A DNA stretch of 64,000 bases from Felis catus (GCF_018350175.1 NC_058368.1:214398001-214462000), one strand, 5' to 3'. Counted from the first letter of the stretch, positions 1 to 14,000 are shown. The notes: generated by a model not told the origin, from the sequence alone. Translations and numbers: made by a program.

Positions 1-1710
1 TTAACACAGAAAGAGTTCAAATGACAATGGAATTTTTCAGTTAGGAGCTAAAAACTAAATGGATGCCCATGTACTCCCAACACCAGGTTTGTTCTCTGGC
101 TGAGAGCCAGAGATGGTAGAGATGGATTCCTTGATTTTGTCCTGGGTGCTTGACAGTCCCCACATCCATATTGCTTTAAAATCCCAAGCAGGGAGGAGAC
201 ACCAAATTCTCTCAGTGCAGGATGTGTCTATCGCCATGTCTCCAGTGTGCAATCTGCAGCAACTCCATTGGATTGTCCGATATCCCCGTGAAAGTTGATC
301 AAACGGTGATGTAGTGATCACCTTCTCAGATGATTCAACAGAACATCTATTAGAAATACAAGGACAATGTATTCTAATTTTCAGAATCCACAGCAAATTA
401 ACTTTTTGGTGTTTATGAACTAGGAAAGAGTTTGCTTCTAAACATTTAATTTCATTTCACAGTGGTCAGCAAAAGAATGTTTAGGCATTGAAGGAAGAGA
501 TACGCATTTTACCTTAAACATAAGCCTTTACCTTACCTTTAAAATAATTTCTAAGTGTTCAGGAGAATTTAACCTTTCATACCATTTTTATTAGATTTAT
601 AGACAGAAAAAGTAAGAAACCAGTATCACATTTATATTGAGAATTTCTCACTTGTTTTCTCAATCTCCTCTGTTTTAAGCTTATCACATATTTTCTACTT
701 TAAAAAAACATTGTTTTAACATGAGCCCTGATTTCTCAAGTAAAATTTATATAATTCCTTTCATCAGTAAAATAGTGAAAATTTGGTTATCTCAAGAAAT
801 GCTTTATTAATGTAGTACAAAACACACTATTTTTTAATAAGTTGCTTATCATAAAGAATATTTAAAGTATTATTTTTTTCAGTTGAGCTAAACTAGCAAA
901 CTATCTAATCATGTGCTTACCTCTGTAAGCTCCTAATTCTTACAGGGTATATTACATCCTTCTAAAACTAATTCATAATTTTGTCAATTATTTTTCTTGA
1001 CAGATTTAGAACATTGTATATTGGGTGCATTTAAAAGTGTTCCTATATTTACAAAATAGCAGGAAGGGATGACTTTTTTATTGTAGCATTCTTCAGCCAT
1101 TATGTCATAATTGCTTAATTTAGACAAAGTAATGCCATGTCACAGTAGTAATTTAGCAAAGATAAATCACATTTTTGCTAGGTTGTTCTCCCTCTGTGTA
1201 GTAAGAATTATACATTCATATGGAGCTGGTGAAATTTATAAATGGGGTCTTCTTTGAACTGAATTTGAAGGAAAAGAAAATCTTAACTGAGATTAATACA
1301 GAAAAGATTTGTGTTTACCTGCATTTTCTGTTTTTGTTATTAATGTTTGTGTAAGTCACTTAAATTACAGAAAACTGGCAAACTTTTAGAGACATGTCCT
1401 ATGCCAAAACTGGGGCACATGGATTGCAGATAATTTATTTGAATCATTGAAAATACACCTGTCAACAGGAAAGGAAACACAGAGGACTTGGGTCTCTGTT
1501 GGATAGAATTTTCTTTTACAAGAGTTTTCTTTGTTCATTTTGTACCATGACACAGAAATGTAAATGTCTCTTGGATAAATTGATGTTGATGGCATTTTCA
1601 TAAGTCGCACTTTCTCGAATGCTCTCTGGTCACAGTATTTGGAAAGTGTGAAAACTATAGACAATTTTATGTTGGTTAGCATACTGCATAATCATTTGTC
1701 CAATAGCATC

Positions 1711-1768
1711 AAGGAAGGAAGGAAGAAAGGAAGGAAGGAAGGACTAAATGATACTGGGGGGGGGGGGG
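1711..1768. repeat. (GGAA)n microsatellite followed by a G13 run
   Basis: AAGGAAGGAA... at 1711-1742; G homopolymer at 1756-1768. Confidence 0.9.
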
Positions 1769-1944
1769 TACTGGAACCTTGATTACAAGTCACCAAACCC
1801 CTTGAAATATTTAGGATTTGCTAGAAATTGAGTCTTTCCATGGACTTATTAATTTGAATAGTGTGATAAATTGGTCAAGTCCATTTCCCAGACTCTTGGA
1901 AGAATTTTTTTGAAAACAATAGCACTACATGGTTGTATACTTTA

Positions 1945-2173
1945 ATTTTTTTTTTTTTAATTTTTTTTTTCAACGTTTATTTATTTTTGGGACAGAGAGA
2001 GACAGAGCATGAACGGGGGAGGGGCAGAGAGAGAGGGAGACACAGAATCGGAAACAGGCTCCAGGCTCCGAACCATCAGCCCAGAGCCTGACGCGGGGCT
2101 CGAACTCCGGGACCGCGAGATCGTGACCTGGCTGAAGTCGGACGCTTAACCAACTGCGCCACCCAGGCGCCCC
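1945..2173 (-). mobile_element. Can-SINE, young felid SINEC_Fc type
   Basis: Reverse complement begins GGGGCGCCTGGGTGGCGCAGTTGGTTAAGCGTCCGACTTCAGCCAGGTCACGATCTCGCGG (tRNA-derived head), then CT-rich tract and poly-A; most CpGs intact. Confidence 0.97.
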
Positions 2174-3920
2174 ATAATTTTTAACGTATTATTTATTCTT
2201 CTGAAGACACATTTCAAAAGCGAAAGTACTTGTTGCAGATACTGTGGATCTAATTACAGAAACACACAGATGTCATAACAAATATACCTTTGGGGTCCAG
2301 GATATAAGTTCAGGGTTTGAAGTCCAGGCCTCTGTTGAGGTAAGATCCATGGTTCTGTAGCAAACAAACATTCAGCCTTCTGAAAATGAGAGGCATGATG
2401 GTATCTAATAGTGCTTTCCTCCCATTTTATTGATAAAGTTCACCTGCGCCCAACTGTGCAAAATAGATTGAAATTCAGTCTTATTTTAGTTGGCTTCATT
2501 TGGGTTAGTTTTGATATACAGTTGTCAAATTAGATTTGTATAATAAAATAAATACAGTTAATTAAGAAAGTACAAGTGAAGTGAAATTGCTCATAAACAA
2601 GATAGTTATGAGAAGAGGAGTAATTTGTTGGAATGAAAAAATGTATATTTTGGATAATATATGTCAATATTAAAATAGTATTTCTCGATCATGCTTATAA
2701 AATATCTTTTGTAAAATCTAGATAGAGAAGTTACTCCCTTAAAAGTAATCATTTTACCCCAGGCCTGGGTGTGAGAACTTAGCTTTCCTTTTAGTTCAAG
2801 CTCGTCATTAGGTAGCAAAGAAGAAAAGAAGAAAAGAGATTAGGGGGAAAAGCTACTTAGTAGAGGCCAGAAGCCTCTCCAAACTGAATTTTAAGTGCTG
2901 CTTCTGATGTAGGTTTCTTCTTTTCTTTAAAAAGGGGTATTAAGGAAGTAACACAAGCATAATAACTGTTCACACAGCCCCTTTCACACAATGAGCAATA
3001 TGGTATAATCTCAGACACAGTGTTTTCATTGTGCTTGATGCATTCATTCATTTGCAGACGAATTCATTTGCAAATTACCCACAGCTCATATCCCTTTCAG
3101 ACTAAGAATATGTCATTCCAAGAAGGCCAGCCCAACCATGACCCACTAGATTCTTTAAAAGCCTGCCTTGGTTCTGGTTTCCCCCACTCTCTTTTATTTT
3201 CTTTGCGAGGCTGGAAGAGTCTCAGTGAAGGAAGCATGGCCTCCTGAGGAATGCGAAGGGAGTTCCCCAACTGCACATGCCTGGACATTTCCCTCCAGAT
3301 GTTTCATTGTGCATCCATTTGAAGATGAATAGAAATTGGTGAAATTAACCATAAATTGATGGAGTAACCTTGGGAGAGAAGGAATTACTTTAGTTAAATT
3401 TACTTTGTCATCGTCAATGTGCAGTATGTAAATGGATGCCTACTTTATTTAGTGGGGGGAGATATCTTACATATTTTTGTATTGGATCAAGATTATCTAT
3501 AATGTTTGGAAGAATAAAAGGAATAGAGACTGAAAATACTGAGAAGAAGAATAAACCACAAAAGGAACTATTAGGAAGATAGGATATAATTCTCCAATTA
3601 GCCGAGAATCAGTGCTCGACATTTTAACAGTGCCTCACAGCGTTTCAGTATAGATTGGCTGGGATGGATCTTTTGCCTGTGTGCCAGTGCTAGACCTTCA
3701 GTTTTAGAAGCAAATGAAACAGGCTCCACCTGCAAGTTGCTCACAGTTATGAGGCATCTGGGCAGAGTGGAGTCTGGCTTTGCAAGTAATCCATCTTTGA
3801 TAATGAAACCCTGGAGCTGATACTTGAAGACATGATGCTCTCAGAGTCAACTAAGTGCCTAAAGAGGGAAAGATCAAAATTTTTCCATACAGGGGACTTA
3901 GAGAAAGTGAGCAGTGTTTC

Positions 3921-4163
3921 AAACAGAGAGGGAGGCAAACCATAAGAGACTCTTAAATACAGAGAACAAATTGAGGATTGATGGGGAGGGCAGGGGAGAG
4001 GGGAAAGTTAATGACGGGCATTGAGGAAGGCACTTGTTGGGATGAGCACTGGGTGTTGTATGTAAGGGATGAATCATGGGAATCTACTCCCAAAACCAAG
4101 AACACACCATATACACTGTATGTAAGCTAACTTGACAATAAATTATATTTAAAAGAAAAAGAA
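3921..4163 (+). mobile_element. 5'-truncated carnivore/felid L1, 3' UTR and A-tail
   Basis: AAACAGAGAGGGAGGCAAACCATAAGAGACTC...GATGAGCACTGGGTGTTGTATG...AATAAA then A-rich tail; TSD core AAAGTGAG at 3904 and 4164. Confidence 0.93.
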
Positions 4164-4809
4164 AAAGTGAGTGTGTGAGATGAGTTTCAACATGGCCACA
4201 TGATCTTCTTCTGGTGCTCCAGCCCCTCTACCGTATTCTCTCTTCAAATTCACTGAAGGTTCATCTACACATTAACTTAAGTGTAGACTGGGTTTTGTCC
4301 TTCTGTTTTGGATGATATTCAAGATATCATCCAGTTGATGATAGGAATAATTGAAATAAGTTTTGTTCCCTTTACATAGGCTGTCCAATTTTTGACATCC
4401 ATCTCAAGAAAGGTATTAGTACAGATCAGTAGAAATAGTTTGTGAGGAACTAAAAAAACCTGACGTTGATCTCTGGAAGCTATTGTTGTTTGTACAAAAT
4501 AAAACAAACTTCATTTTCCTTTTTTTGGACATTAGACAGATATCTGTACTTCAAAATGTAACATATAATTGTTCTCATGATATTCTGTGGACAAATAGGG
4601 ATATATTAGGGAGGATGCTAGATGAGTAAGTAATCATTTGCAAAACTCATTAATAGTTCACATAATGTCACTCCCAAGTGAAGTGTCTAGTTACTTGACT
4701 GTTGACTATCTACTCTTGCACCATCAGCATTGAATTGAAAAATTAAAAATGTTGTTGCTAATGTTGCAGTATTGCAGCACACCTTTTCCCCCTTCTCTCT
4801 CTACAGTAA

Positions 4810-5010
4810 TAGCCAGCATCTATTATATAGTTGACAGTAACATACATTTTGTTTAGTCTTCCCAGTATTCCTTCCATAGAGCATATTATATTCCATACTT
4901 ATAAATGAGAGAACTGAACCAAATAAAATAACCTACTTGAAAAGTCACATAGCCTGTAATGTGGAGTGAAAATCCCAGAGATGCCTCTTCTGGATCCCAG
5001 ACCTGTGCTT
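4810..5010 (-). mobile_element. MIR SINE (decayed)
   Basis: Resembles the reverse MIR core: CCATACTTATAAATGAGAGAACTGA...AAGTCACATAGC. Confidence 0.7.
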
Positions 5011-7869
5011 TGCCCAACTACTTGTGCAAAGCTTCCTTCCAACATATATGTCATCAAAAATACTGCACATTATATAGTCCTGCTGCTATCTCAAGATTGC
5101 TTCCCTTGTGGAAGGAAACATCTCTGATAAATGAGGAGAGCTGGTAAATGTCATCTATCACTCTCATTAGAACAGATCATCTTTATGTATTGATAATTTG
5201 ATAGCTTCTGATATGATGAAAACAGTATAAATGCCATTATTATTTATTTTTTAATAAACTTTTAAAAAATTTTGAAAAAAATTATATTTGCATTAAAGAT
5301 AGTACAGAGAGTTTATATACATACGCTGGAGGACTACCACTGGCCAATTGGCTGTGTTTAAGCTTATCAAAGAATTCTCTTCAAGGACAGGAATAAAAGT
5401 TTATTCATTTGCATTCCTTCAAAGAACGCTATCATAATGCCAAGAGTCATAATCATTTTTTGTAATCCTTTGCTTGCACAGTATTGAATGAATGAATGCA
5501 AAAAAAATGCAGTTTTTATCTCAACCTTTTTATATGAAATTCTCTAAAAAAATTACTGTTTAACAGTAATTTGATTGAACTAGCAGGACAGTTTGGTTAA
5601 ACTACTTGAACTGCTAGCTATTTATAAGAATTTAAAACTAGACTTCTAATTCTTTTCTCCTCCAGAAGGAAAGAAGGACTATCAGATTCAATCTACTTGT
5701 ACTTAAAAGTCCCCAAAGTAAGTTGTAGGTTTCATCTGTGTTTCCCCACAGTAAACTATGGTTTCAGCTGTATTTGAGAAAGTTGATACATTTTATTTTT
5801 CTTTGCCATTTCTTTCTTCCTTTCTTTTCTTGTTTTCTTTTATTTACCAAAGAGGTCACTTTCTGTGGAACTGAGTGTGTATATATATATATATATATTT
5901 ACTTTAAGTACACATTGAGTTTGGCTATAAGACAAAAGATAGAAGAAACATAAGAAAGTTCATTTTTGCTACCTTGTTGCAGTAATAACACCTATTTTCT
6001 GAGATTCTTGGGCATTTCATTAAATTTACTTTAAAATTTAATTATGTAAAACCAGTGCATTAGAGCTTGTGAAATCATCATGGCTTGGAAGATGATCACT
6101 CAAGAGTTGCACACCCAGGGGAGCTGGGAGGTTGCATTACCAATTACCAAAATATGCTTAATGCAAGCCCATTCTTCCTCCTACACGATACAGCATTTAT
6201 TTGGAAACACTCCAAAGCCTTATGAATATGTATGCCCTAAATTGTCCATTTAGCTTAGCAACAAAGAAGCGTTTCCTGTTACATTATACAATATTGGTCA
6301 TCAATTACTTTTAAAAAGAGTGCTGCACAAGGTTTTGAATAAGCAGGCAAATAGAAACTACAATATCCCACACCTTTGTCATATAGTAAAAAAAAAGAAA
6401 AAAAAGAAGAAGAAGAAGATAGCTCCTGATACACACAGAGTATGCATACATTGGACTTCCTACATGAAAATGTGTACAATTAAACAGTTTTTATTTTACC
6501 TGTGGTATATAATGACCTTCCTGTTTTTATATGGACATACCAGTTAAATCATTTTTATGAGTACATGTCTTTGACCGTTACTCATTAACTTAATCTCTAA
6601 ATTATGTTGATTAATTTGTTAAGAGATAGTTTTAGGCAAGGAGGAAGTCTGGGAGATTGAAAGTGAGAGACTGTGCTGAGGATGATGCTGTGAGTCTAAC
6701 ATGTCTGAGAAACAGAATTTTTTTTTAATGTAATTCCTTCTTATTGTTCAGTAACGTATCTCAGGAGGCTTACTGAGTGAGCAAGTTTAATATGCTCTTA
6801 CTAAGTATGTATCCATTTTGTTCCTCAATAATTCGCGGCAATTACTGATTACTAAATGCAGCTTTCATAATCAGTCACATAAGCCCTACTTGGGGACGTG
6901 AGGAGAAGACACATAAGACTCAGAGTCTGAGGTAAATGATGTGCCATGGATCTGTATGATAAGCTGCCCTCCATTTTTTTTCTTTTGTTTTTACATTTGG
7001 TTTGAATTAGGTTAATTGTGCAGGGAAAATTCTGGGTGCTTATTCAGTAAAATGCTTGTCGTGTGCTGGCTATGACATGAAGATAGTTGGGCACCAAGGA
7101 GAAAACATTCCTTTGGTTTTCTCAGCTTCCTAAGGAGAAACAATTAGATGGTACCTTTTGATGAAAGAAGAGAAATCATGTAGCAGAACTGGCCCCCTCA
7201 ACAATAAAAAAAAAATCAAACATAATGAGAATAAATAAAGATTTATGAAGTTACTTATTTTAGAAAGTATTTCTTTCTTTAGCAGTTTTAGCAGTTGGAC
7301 TCATTTGTTTAAAATTTTTATGCCAAGGAAGAAATTTTTAAAGCCTACCAGGTACCCAGCCATATTGCTACTGAGTCATACATCATAAAAGTCTGGTTGC
7401 AGTAAGCTTGGACAGATTACTTGGAAACATGGCATATATTTCTACATAATAAATAGGAGTCATGAAAAATGAAGAAAACAAAGCACAAGATAATCTTCCT
7501 TTAACTTGCCCCAAATTAAATTCCAAATATTTTCAAGTGTAGTTCTCTAGGGACAAAATTGCGTTACCTGCTTGAAATGATAATTTCCACAGTGCTACTT
7601 TGGAACATGCCAGGTACTTGCTTAGGGTAGGATGGGATTTATTGGAAAATATATGAGTATTTTTGGAAATGGCTTCTTCTATTTTAAGGGGAGACCAAAT
7701 TTCTCATTTTTCCTTTGTGCCATTTTATTAGGAATTCAACTTGACAAGGACTTGAAGACACTCCAAGTCCCTTGCTTTCCTGGCCCTGGTCCTCTACCAA
7801 CCATAGAGCCTTCAGCCAGTCAAGCTATAATTTTTAGGAACCATCAACTCTTTTTTATTTTGTCTTCTA

Positions 7870-8366
7870 ATATTTATTAGCTTTCTCCTGTTCCAAATCG
7901 CCCCCAAACTCAGTGGGCTTAACAATAATAGTAGGGACAGGTAATCTCCACTGATGGTATCTGGGCCTCAACTGGGAAGACTTGAAGGCTGGGGTTTAGA
8001 ATCATCAGAAGACAGCTTAAGTCCCACGTCTGGAAGTTGATGGCACATCATGGCTGGGACCTCAAATGGGTGGTCAGCTGGTATTTCCATGGACTTCTCA
8101 TGTGGTTTCTCCATATGGGGCTAGTTTGGGTTTCCTTACAGGAAGACACCTGGGGTCCCAGAGCACACACTCTAGGGTCCAGGTGGAATCTGCATCACAT
8201 TTTATGACCTAAGCTCAGAGAGCATGTAGTGTCCCTTCTACTGTAATGAAAAGGAGGAGAATATTGACTCTACCTCCTGATGGGAGAAGTCTCCAAGTCA
8301 CATCGGAACTTGGGGCTGTGGGGTGGAAATTGTGGCAGCCACTTTTGGATGGTATAATCTGCCACA
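7870..8366 (-). mobile_element. MaLR solo LTR (MLT1G/H-like)
   Basis: CCCCCAAACTCAGTGGGCTTAA near one end, GCATCACATTTTATGACCTA inside, ends AATCTGCCACA (reverse of the TGTGGCAG LTR start). Confidence 0.8.
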
Positions 8367-8399
8367 TTTTCCCTCCTCTCCTCACCTACAATCTCTATT

Positions 8400-8800
8400 T
8401 TAGGTCTGTGTCCCATCACCTTTTGCTGCAACATTTAGGCCAACAGCTTCCTGTCTATAGCTCTTTCTGCCAACTCTCTGATTCTCTTCAGATCCACTCT
8501 CACATAATTGTAAGAGTGACCTATCTAAAATGTAAATCTGCCCTTCATTACATGGTTCTAAACCCCTAAAAGCTCCTTGTAAAAGAAAGGTCCTCAGCCT
8601 GGCATACAAGCTTTTCATGTTCTGTTTGCCAGACAACAAGCTTCTTGAGGTTCTCTCTCACCCCTACCCCTTTGCACCCATACACGTGCCTCTCATGCCT
8701 TTTCCAAGGGTGACTCCTTTCCCTCAAGTGTATTCTCCACCTTCCATCTTCCTCTAGCTAGTACATTCCAATGCTCTCTGAATACGATTTGGGGATGCCT
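8400..8800 (+). mobile_element. L2 LINE 3' fragment
   Basis: AGAGTGACCTATCTAAAATGTAAATCTG...AGGTCCTCAGCCTGGCATACAAG resembles the L2 3' consensus; a probable continuation lies at ~9570-9760. Confidence 0.7.
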
Positions 8801-8859
8801 TCTTTACCCAGTGTGGCACGTGATTTCAACCCGTCTTCTAAGTTGTAATCCTCCTTTCT

Positions 8860-9030
8860 ATCCATTATGCCTTATTTCTCCCATCTATTAAATGGAAATA
8901 TAGTCCTCCATTCATATAGCTCTTGGAAAAATTAAATGAATTTAAGACATGTTAAGTGCTTATAAAATAATATCCAACATATGGGAACTGTTCAAAAGAT
9001 GTTAGGCATTATTATAGTTATTAGCTATTT
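8860..9030 (+). mobile_element. MIR SINE 3' half
   Basis: CCATCTATTAAATGGAAATA...ATTAAATGA...AAGTGCTTA...ATGTTAGGCATTATTAT. Confidence 0.7.
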
Positions 9031-9195
9031 GTATCTTACATTTCTGGCAATCTGGAATAATTCTGGAAAATGTCTTTGTATCTTTGCTTATGTTCTTTTT
9101 TGAATGGGTTTCTCTACCCCAGTCTCTATCTAGATGCATTTTTCTATTCCTCAAAACTGTTGTAAGTTACACAGATTCTCCAAAGAAGGCACATC

Positions 9196-9560
9196 TGCAA
9201 TGGATTGAATGTTTGTGTATTCCACACATTTATATGTTGAAACCTAATGACCAAGGTGATGTATTTGGAGGTGGGGACTTTGAGAGGTGATTAGGTCTTG
9301 AGGGTGGAGCTTTCATTAATAGGATTAGTGCCATTATTAAAAGAGACACCAGAGAGATAGCTTGCCCCTTTTGCTGTGTGAGGACTCAGTGAAAGCACAG
9401 ACATCTATGAACCAGAAAATGTGCCTCACCAGGCACAGAATCTTCCTGTGCCATAATCTTAGGCTTCCCAGCCTCCAGGATTGCAAGAAATAAAAGTTAA
9501 TTGTTAATAAGCCACCCCATCTCTGTTGTTTTGTTATAGCAGCCCAAGCAGACTAAGGCA
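9196..9560 (+). mobile_element. MaLR solo LTR (MLT1A/MLT1A0)
   Basis: Starts TGCAATGGATTGAATGTTTGTG, contains AATAAA, ends GTTATAGCAGCCCAAGCAGACTAAGGCA; TG...CA termini, ~365 bp. Confidence 0.92.
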
Positions 9561-10119
9561 GCATATTTCTTCTCCTAACTTTAGACCCTCATATCTTTGT
9601 TATACACCTTCTTGGAATCTGTACACTTTATTTTTTATGTTGGTTTGTTTGAGTGTTTTTTGTTTATGGAATCCTTGAGGGTAAGGATTGCATCATATAT
9701 TTTCATCACTTTAATTCCTAACACTCAGCCTTGCTTGGAGTAAGCTGATATTCACTGCCTTAAATTAGACTTAAGACAAAAGAATTACTTTATCAATATT
9801 TTGGTATTATTACACCAAGACAAATGTATGTTAAATTTGGCATTTAGTTTTATTATATTATGTCATATATTTATTATGTATTTTATACAATGTTTTGTAT
9901 TATAAAGTATGTAAAACATTAACTTTCATTTCTAGTGTTAGTTTTGTTGATGTTTTGTTAATACCTACTTTTTATTTGTTTCTTTTCAATTATCCTTGTT
10001 TAGTCTCTTTTCAAATTAATGCAAAAGGAGACTATTATACAAACTGTCCCCCAAAGCATCTTAAATAAAAAAAATTAAATACATATTTATACTTGTTAAT
10101 TTATAATTTATTTTGAATC

Positions 10120-10650
10120 CAAGATATATTTCATGAACATTCAATTGGTGCCTAATATAGGATAAACATTGGGCTGCAGGGATTAATAAGACATAATTGG
10201 CATCTTCAAGGGGTGTAGCATCTACTAGGTAGAGAGGGAGGAATCAGTGGGATATACAGATAAAGAGAGAGAAGAGGTCAAAAGAGATGATCTTATTTTT
10301 AGCCAGGAGGAACAGTAGAGGATTTATTGAAGGGCATGGTGTTTGGGCTGGATCTTACAGGATAAGTTTGGTTTGATTTGGTAAACATTTGTTATTCCAC
10401 AGTGAAGAAGAAAGCAGAAGAATTTTCCGGTGAAGGTTAACAATGTCAATGTACCTATTTGGTGGAAAAGTGGTGTGTGCATATGGGGAAGAGAGTTTGG
10501 TTGAAATGTACCATGGGTCTAAGAGGAGGAATAAGAAAGGTAGCTGGAGCCTGGTGCCAAAGTCTTGAAATATTCTGCTTTATTCTATAGGTGAGGTGAA
10601 GCCATTAAAAGGTCTAGGTGTGATCAATCTGAGTCAAAGGAACTTGCATG
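10120..10650 (-). mobile_element. L2 LINE fragment
   Basis: Purine-rich decayed L2 antisense pattern (GGTGTTTGGGCTGGATCTTACAGGATAAGT; TTTATTCTATAGGTGAGGTGAAGCCATT). Confidence 0.6.
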
Positions 10651-10659
10651 GGGAAAGAA

Positions 10660-11890
10660 CCACTGAAGCGAACGGATTAGTAAAAGCATCTGACCTCAAA
10701 TACTTTCTCCGTAAATGTTTAAAGAAAATCTAATTTGGATGTGGATATATTTGCTTTTACACTGGCAATCCTATTTCATAAGCTTGAGGTTGCTTTCTGG
10801 GTAAGGATTTTTAATCACTCCCAACCCAACCAGGAATCACTCCAGTGAATGACCCTGGAGCGACAGCTCCACAAACCAATTACAATACTCGGGGGATTTC
10901 TGCGCAGGGTCTATGTCACTCTAATTTCAATTAACATCTTTCTTAATTAGAAAGAAGTACAGAGGTACAGAGGCTAATACCTTTAATTCATTGCCCCTTA
11001 TTTAGCTTTCTGTCCACTTGATACATAAGATACTGTAGATGGAAATTTGGAGATCAAGTTCATGGAGAATTTGATTATGACAATAAAGAGTTAGGTCAGA
11101 TAAATTATATGCAATTTAAAGTTTATTGCAGCCTCCACATTGGTCTTGAAGAAATTGTGTGGTTGTGTTTTAGAAGCCATTTCAGTGGACTCTATATGTC
11201 GAACTGCAAGAGACAGTTCTCTAATTAGATCAACATCATACATAAAAATTACGTCCCTAATTCAGTTTCCAATAGAAAAATCAGTATAGTTACTCACGTT
11301 AACTCAAAAACAGCAAAATACCAAAATGAAACAAGTGTTCTTTTATCGTGCCAACTGTACTTTGAGACACTTAGCCATTGGGTATATCTGTTAATTTACC
11401 TATGGGACGTACTTTCAATATATATACTGAGAATATTCAGCCAAAAAGAAGTCCCTGATTCAACACTATCATCCCAGCCTTCTGATCTTTTCAGAAAGCT
11501 GGATAACCTGACCTTAACTAGACAGCTCATGTGATAAAAGGTCAACGGCAAATCATTCCTTCTTGAACTTAAAACTAACTGTAATAAGAAGAGAAATGCC
11601 TTGTTATAAAAATGGTAAGGAGCTCAAAACGGCTTCACTATAGTGAAGTCATCGCTGTGTAATATTCAGTAGAGATGATAACAGAGAAAATCCTACCAGA
11701 AGTATTTACAGGTATTAAACACGGCTATCTGGAAGTAGGAATCCCTAAGCTAGGGCTTTATGTCATCTCTCTTTAATTAAAGAGGAGGAACACTTTTATT
11801 TAATTTCAACGGAACTGGTGAAATGCTTTCATCATTTCATACACATTGTGATGAGACTAACATGATTAATGGAAACTGGGTTTTTCCCTT
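10660..11890. promoter_or_regulatory. Candidate conserved non-coding element / enhancer block
   Basis: No recognisable repeat, scattered retained CpGs, many TAAT/ATTA cores (e.g. CTAATTAG at 11221); inferred from composition only. Confidence 0.3.
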
Positions 11891-11904
11891 TTTAGGTCAA
11901 TAAA

Positions 11905-12125
11905 AATAGCTTCTGTTTGTTGAATGTTTACCTTATAAATACTTCATATAAATTATCCTATTTATTCCTTAAGGTTATGGGTTAATATCATTACATTCAT
12001 TTTGTAGGTCAGGAAGCTGTGGCTAAATATGTTCAAAGGTGTTTCCCAAATTATAAGCAGTTAAATGAGAGTCATTGTTTGGGTCCAGGTTAGTATCAAT
12101 TCAACATCTCAACTATTTTCCACAG
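11905..12125 (-). mobile_element. MIR SINE
   Basis: AATAGCTTCTGTTTGTTGAATGTTTAC...CATTTTGTAGGTCAGGAAGCTGTGGCT. Confidence 0.7.
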
Positions 12126-12611
12126 CATTTTAATGACTGTCATGCAGTGTCTTAGGCTCTTCTGTGGAATGGTATTTTACAGTGTTCCTTAAATCAACAT
12201 TGACATTGGTTTGGGCTACATCTTCAATAGTATCCTAATAATTGGGACCTTTTAATGCTAAATCTGAGGTTCACAGGCATAACATCTTGATGCAAACCAA
12301 TTTAGTAAAGGTTCAATTTGTAACCTTCAAGTTGTTTTTTCAGATCTCTGTTTTGGCGAATGTAACTGTCAGGTAGATATGAAACAAAACTATAAATTGA
12401 AAGAGTTCTACTTGCTTTTTGGTTTGGGTAGCTTAGTCTTCATTACGTTCCTTTCCTTAAACTACTCTTTTTCTTGTTCACAAAGTAGTATAATTGTTAA
12501 GGTAATAATCCTTTATATTTAGGATGATTTTTATGTAGCATGGTTCAACCATTTAGAACTCAAATGAAGATTAGTACCATAGTTTAAATAAATATTTTAC
12601 TTTAGACTGAG

Positions 12612-12944
12612 GCTTACATTCTGAGTGTTTGTGTCCCCTCAAAATGCATATACTGAAATCCTAGCCCCCAAGGATGAGGTATTAGGAGGTAGGTCCTCTT
12701 GGAGGTTCTGAGCTCAGGAAAGAAGACCCTTTCATGAATTGGATTAGTGTCCTTATATTAGGATCCCAGAGAATCCTGGCCCCTTCCTCCATGGGAGAAC
12801 ATAGTGAGAAATCTTTGACTGGGAAAAGGGTGGTCGACTGATCCCAGACTTCAGCCTCCAGCACTGTGAGAAATAAAATTTCTGTTTTCTATAAGCAACC
12901 CAGTCAGTGATATTTTGTAATAGCAGCCCAAATGGACTCAGACA
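12612..12944 (+). mobile_element. MaLR solo LTR (MLT1A-like) with perfect 5-bp TSD
   Basis: MLT1A-like body ending AGCAGCCCAAATGGACTCAGACA; CTGAG at 12607-12611 and 12945-12949. Confidence 0.92.
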
Positions 12945-13659
12945 CTGAGATCTCAAAGTTTTCAAGCATGAGGTCTGCTTTTTATTCTTTTCCTCTTATC
13001 TGAATGCATTCAGTAGGTCTAGTAATTTTTCAGCTCTGAGCCATGCCTCCTTAACTCACCATATACCCTGAATATCAACTAGTGCCAAGGGCTACTTCTT
13101 GGGTTTGTCCTGTCAATTTCTAATTTAGGAAAATGGGATGCAGCAACTTCCTTGTACTATTTATATACATTCAATACTTCTACACCTTTAAACCCTCAGG
13201 GACATTCAAGGAAACTTCACACTTTTGTGTCATTTTCTGCTCAGATTCAAGGCCATCAGAATTACAATTAATTTGCATTTTAGACCCTTGTGTAAGAGGA
13301 TGTCACTTCTTGGAAATGCTGCTTGATGATAAAGTAAAGCAAGAAACATTGCCTGCTCTGTATACACTTAATTAGGAATTCTAGTTAATTACTCATTATG
13401 TCCCTTTACATTTCTGGAAATTTATAGAGAAAATAGTTTCTTCCCCCTTTGTGTCAAAAAAAAAAAAATCCCTTCAGCCCAGGAAAGCTTTTCTCTTTCA
13501 GACAATCAGATCCTTAAGTGACCTTTGTTAAAAATACTTTTCTATCCCAGTGTTTTCTTTTACTTTTCAGTTGGTAAAAAACCGTCTGTCTGAAGAGAAG
13601 CAAATTTTATAGTTAGGTACATCAAAAGGACAGCATGGATGAAAATAAACTTTTATTTT

Positions 13660-14000
13660 TTAAATTCAACAAACACTTCCATTTTAAGTGCTTTAAAATA
13701 TTAGCTCACTTAATCCTTATAAGACTGTGAGACAGAATCCTAGTACTATCCCTTTTTCTTTTTATGTATACCTTCTGCAGATACTGGCTACTTCACTTTA
13801 TTTTTTTACATTTTTTAATTTTTTAATTTAAATATATTAAATTTATTGTCAAATTGGTTTCCATACAACACCCAGTGCTCATCCCAAAAGGTGCCCTCCT
13901 CAATACCCATCACCCACCCTCCCCTCCGTCTCACCCCTCATCAGCCCTCAGTTTGTTCTCCGTTTTTAAGAGTCATAAAATTAATCCCATTTTACAGATG
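13660..14000 (-). mobile_element. MIR fragment interrupted by an L1 3' end
   Basis: MIR-like pieces at ~13660-13755 and 13980-14000 (ATCCCATTTTACAGATG) flank the L1. Confidence 0.55.
13797..13974 (-). mobile_element. 5'-truncated felid L1 3' end (L1_Fc-like)
   Basis: T-rich tail, then TTTATTGTCAAATTGGTTTCCATACAACACCCAGTGCTCATCCCAAAAGGTGCCCTCCTCAATACCCATCACCC. Confidence 0.93.

Noticed and set aside
55..396. 113-aa minus-strand ORF in unique sequence
   Set aside because: No recognisable domain, no convincing exon boundaries; length is within chance for a six-frame scan.
11633..11648. Perfect 16-bp palindrome CTTCACTATAGTGAAG
   Set aside because: About one such palindrome is expected by chance in 64 kb (64000/4^8).
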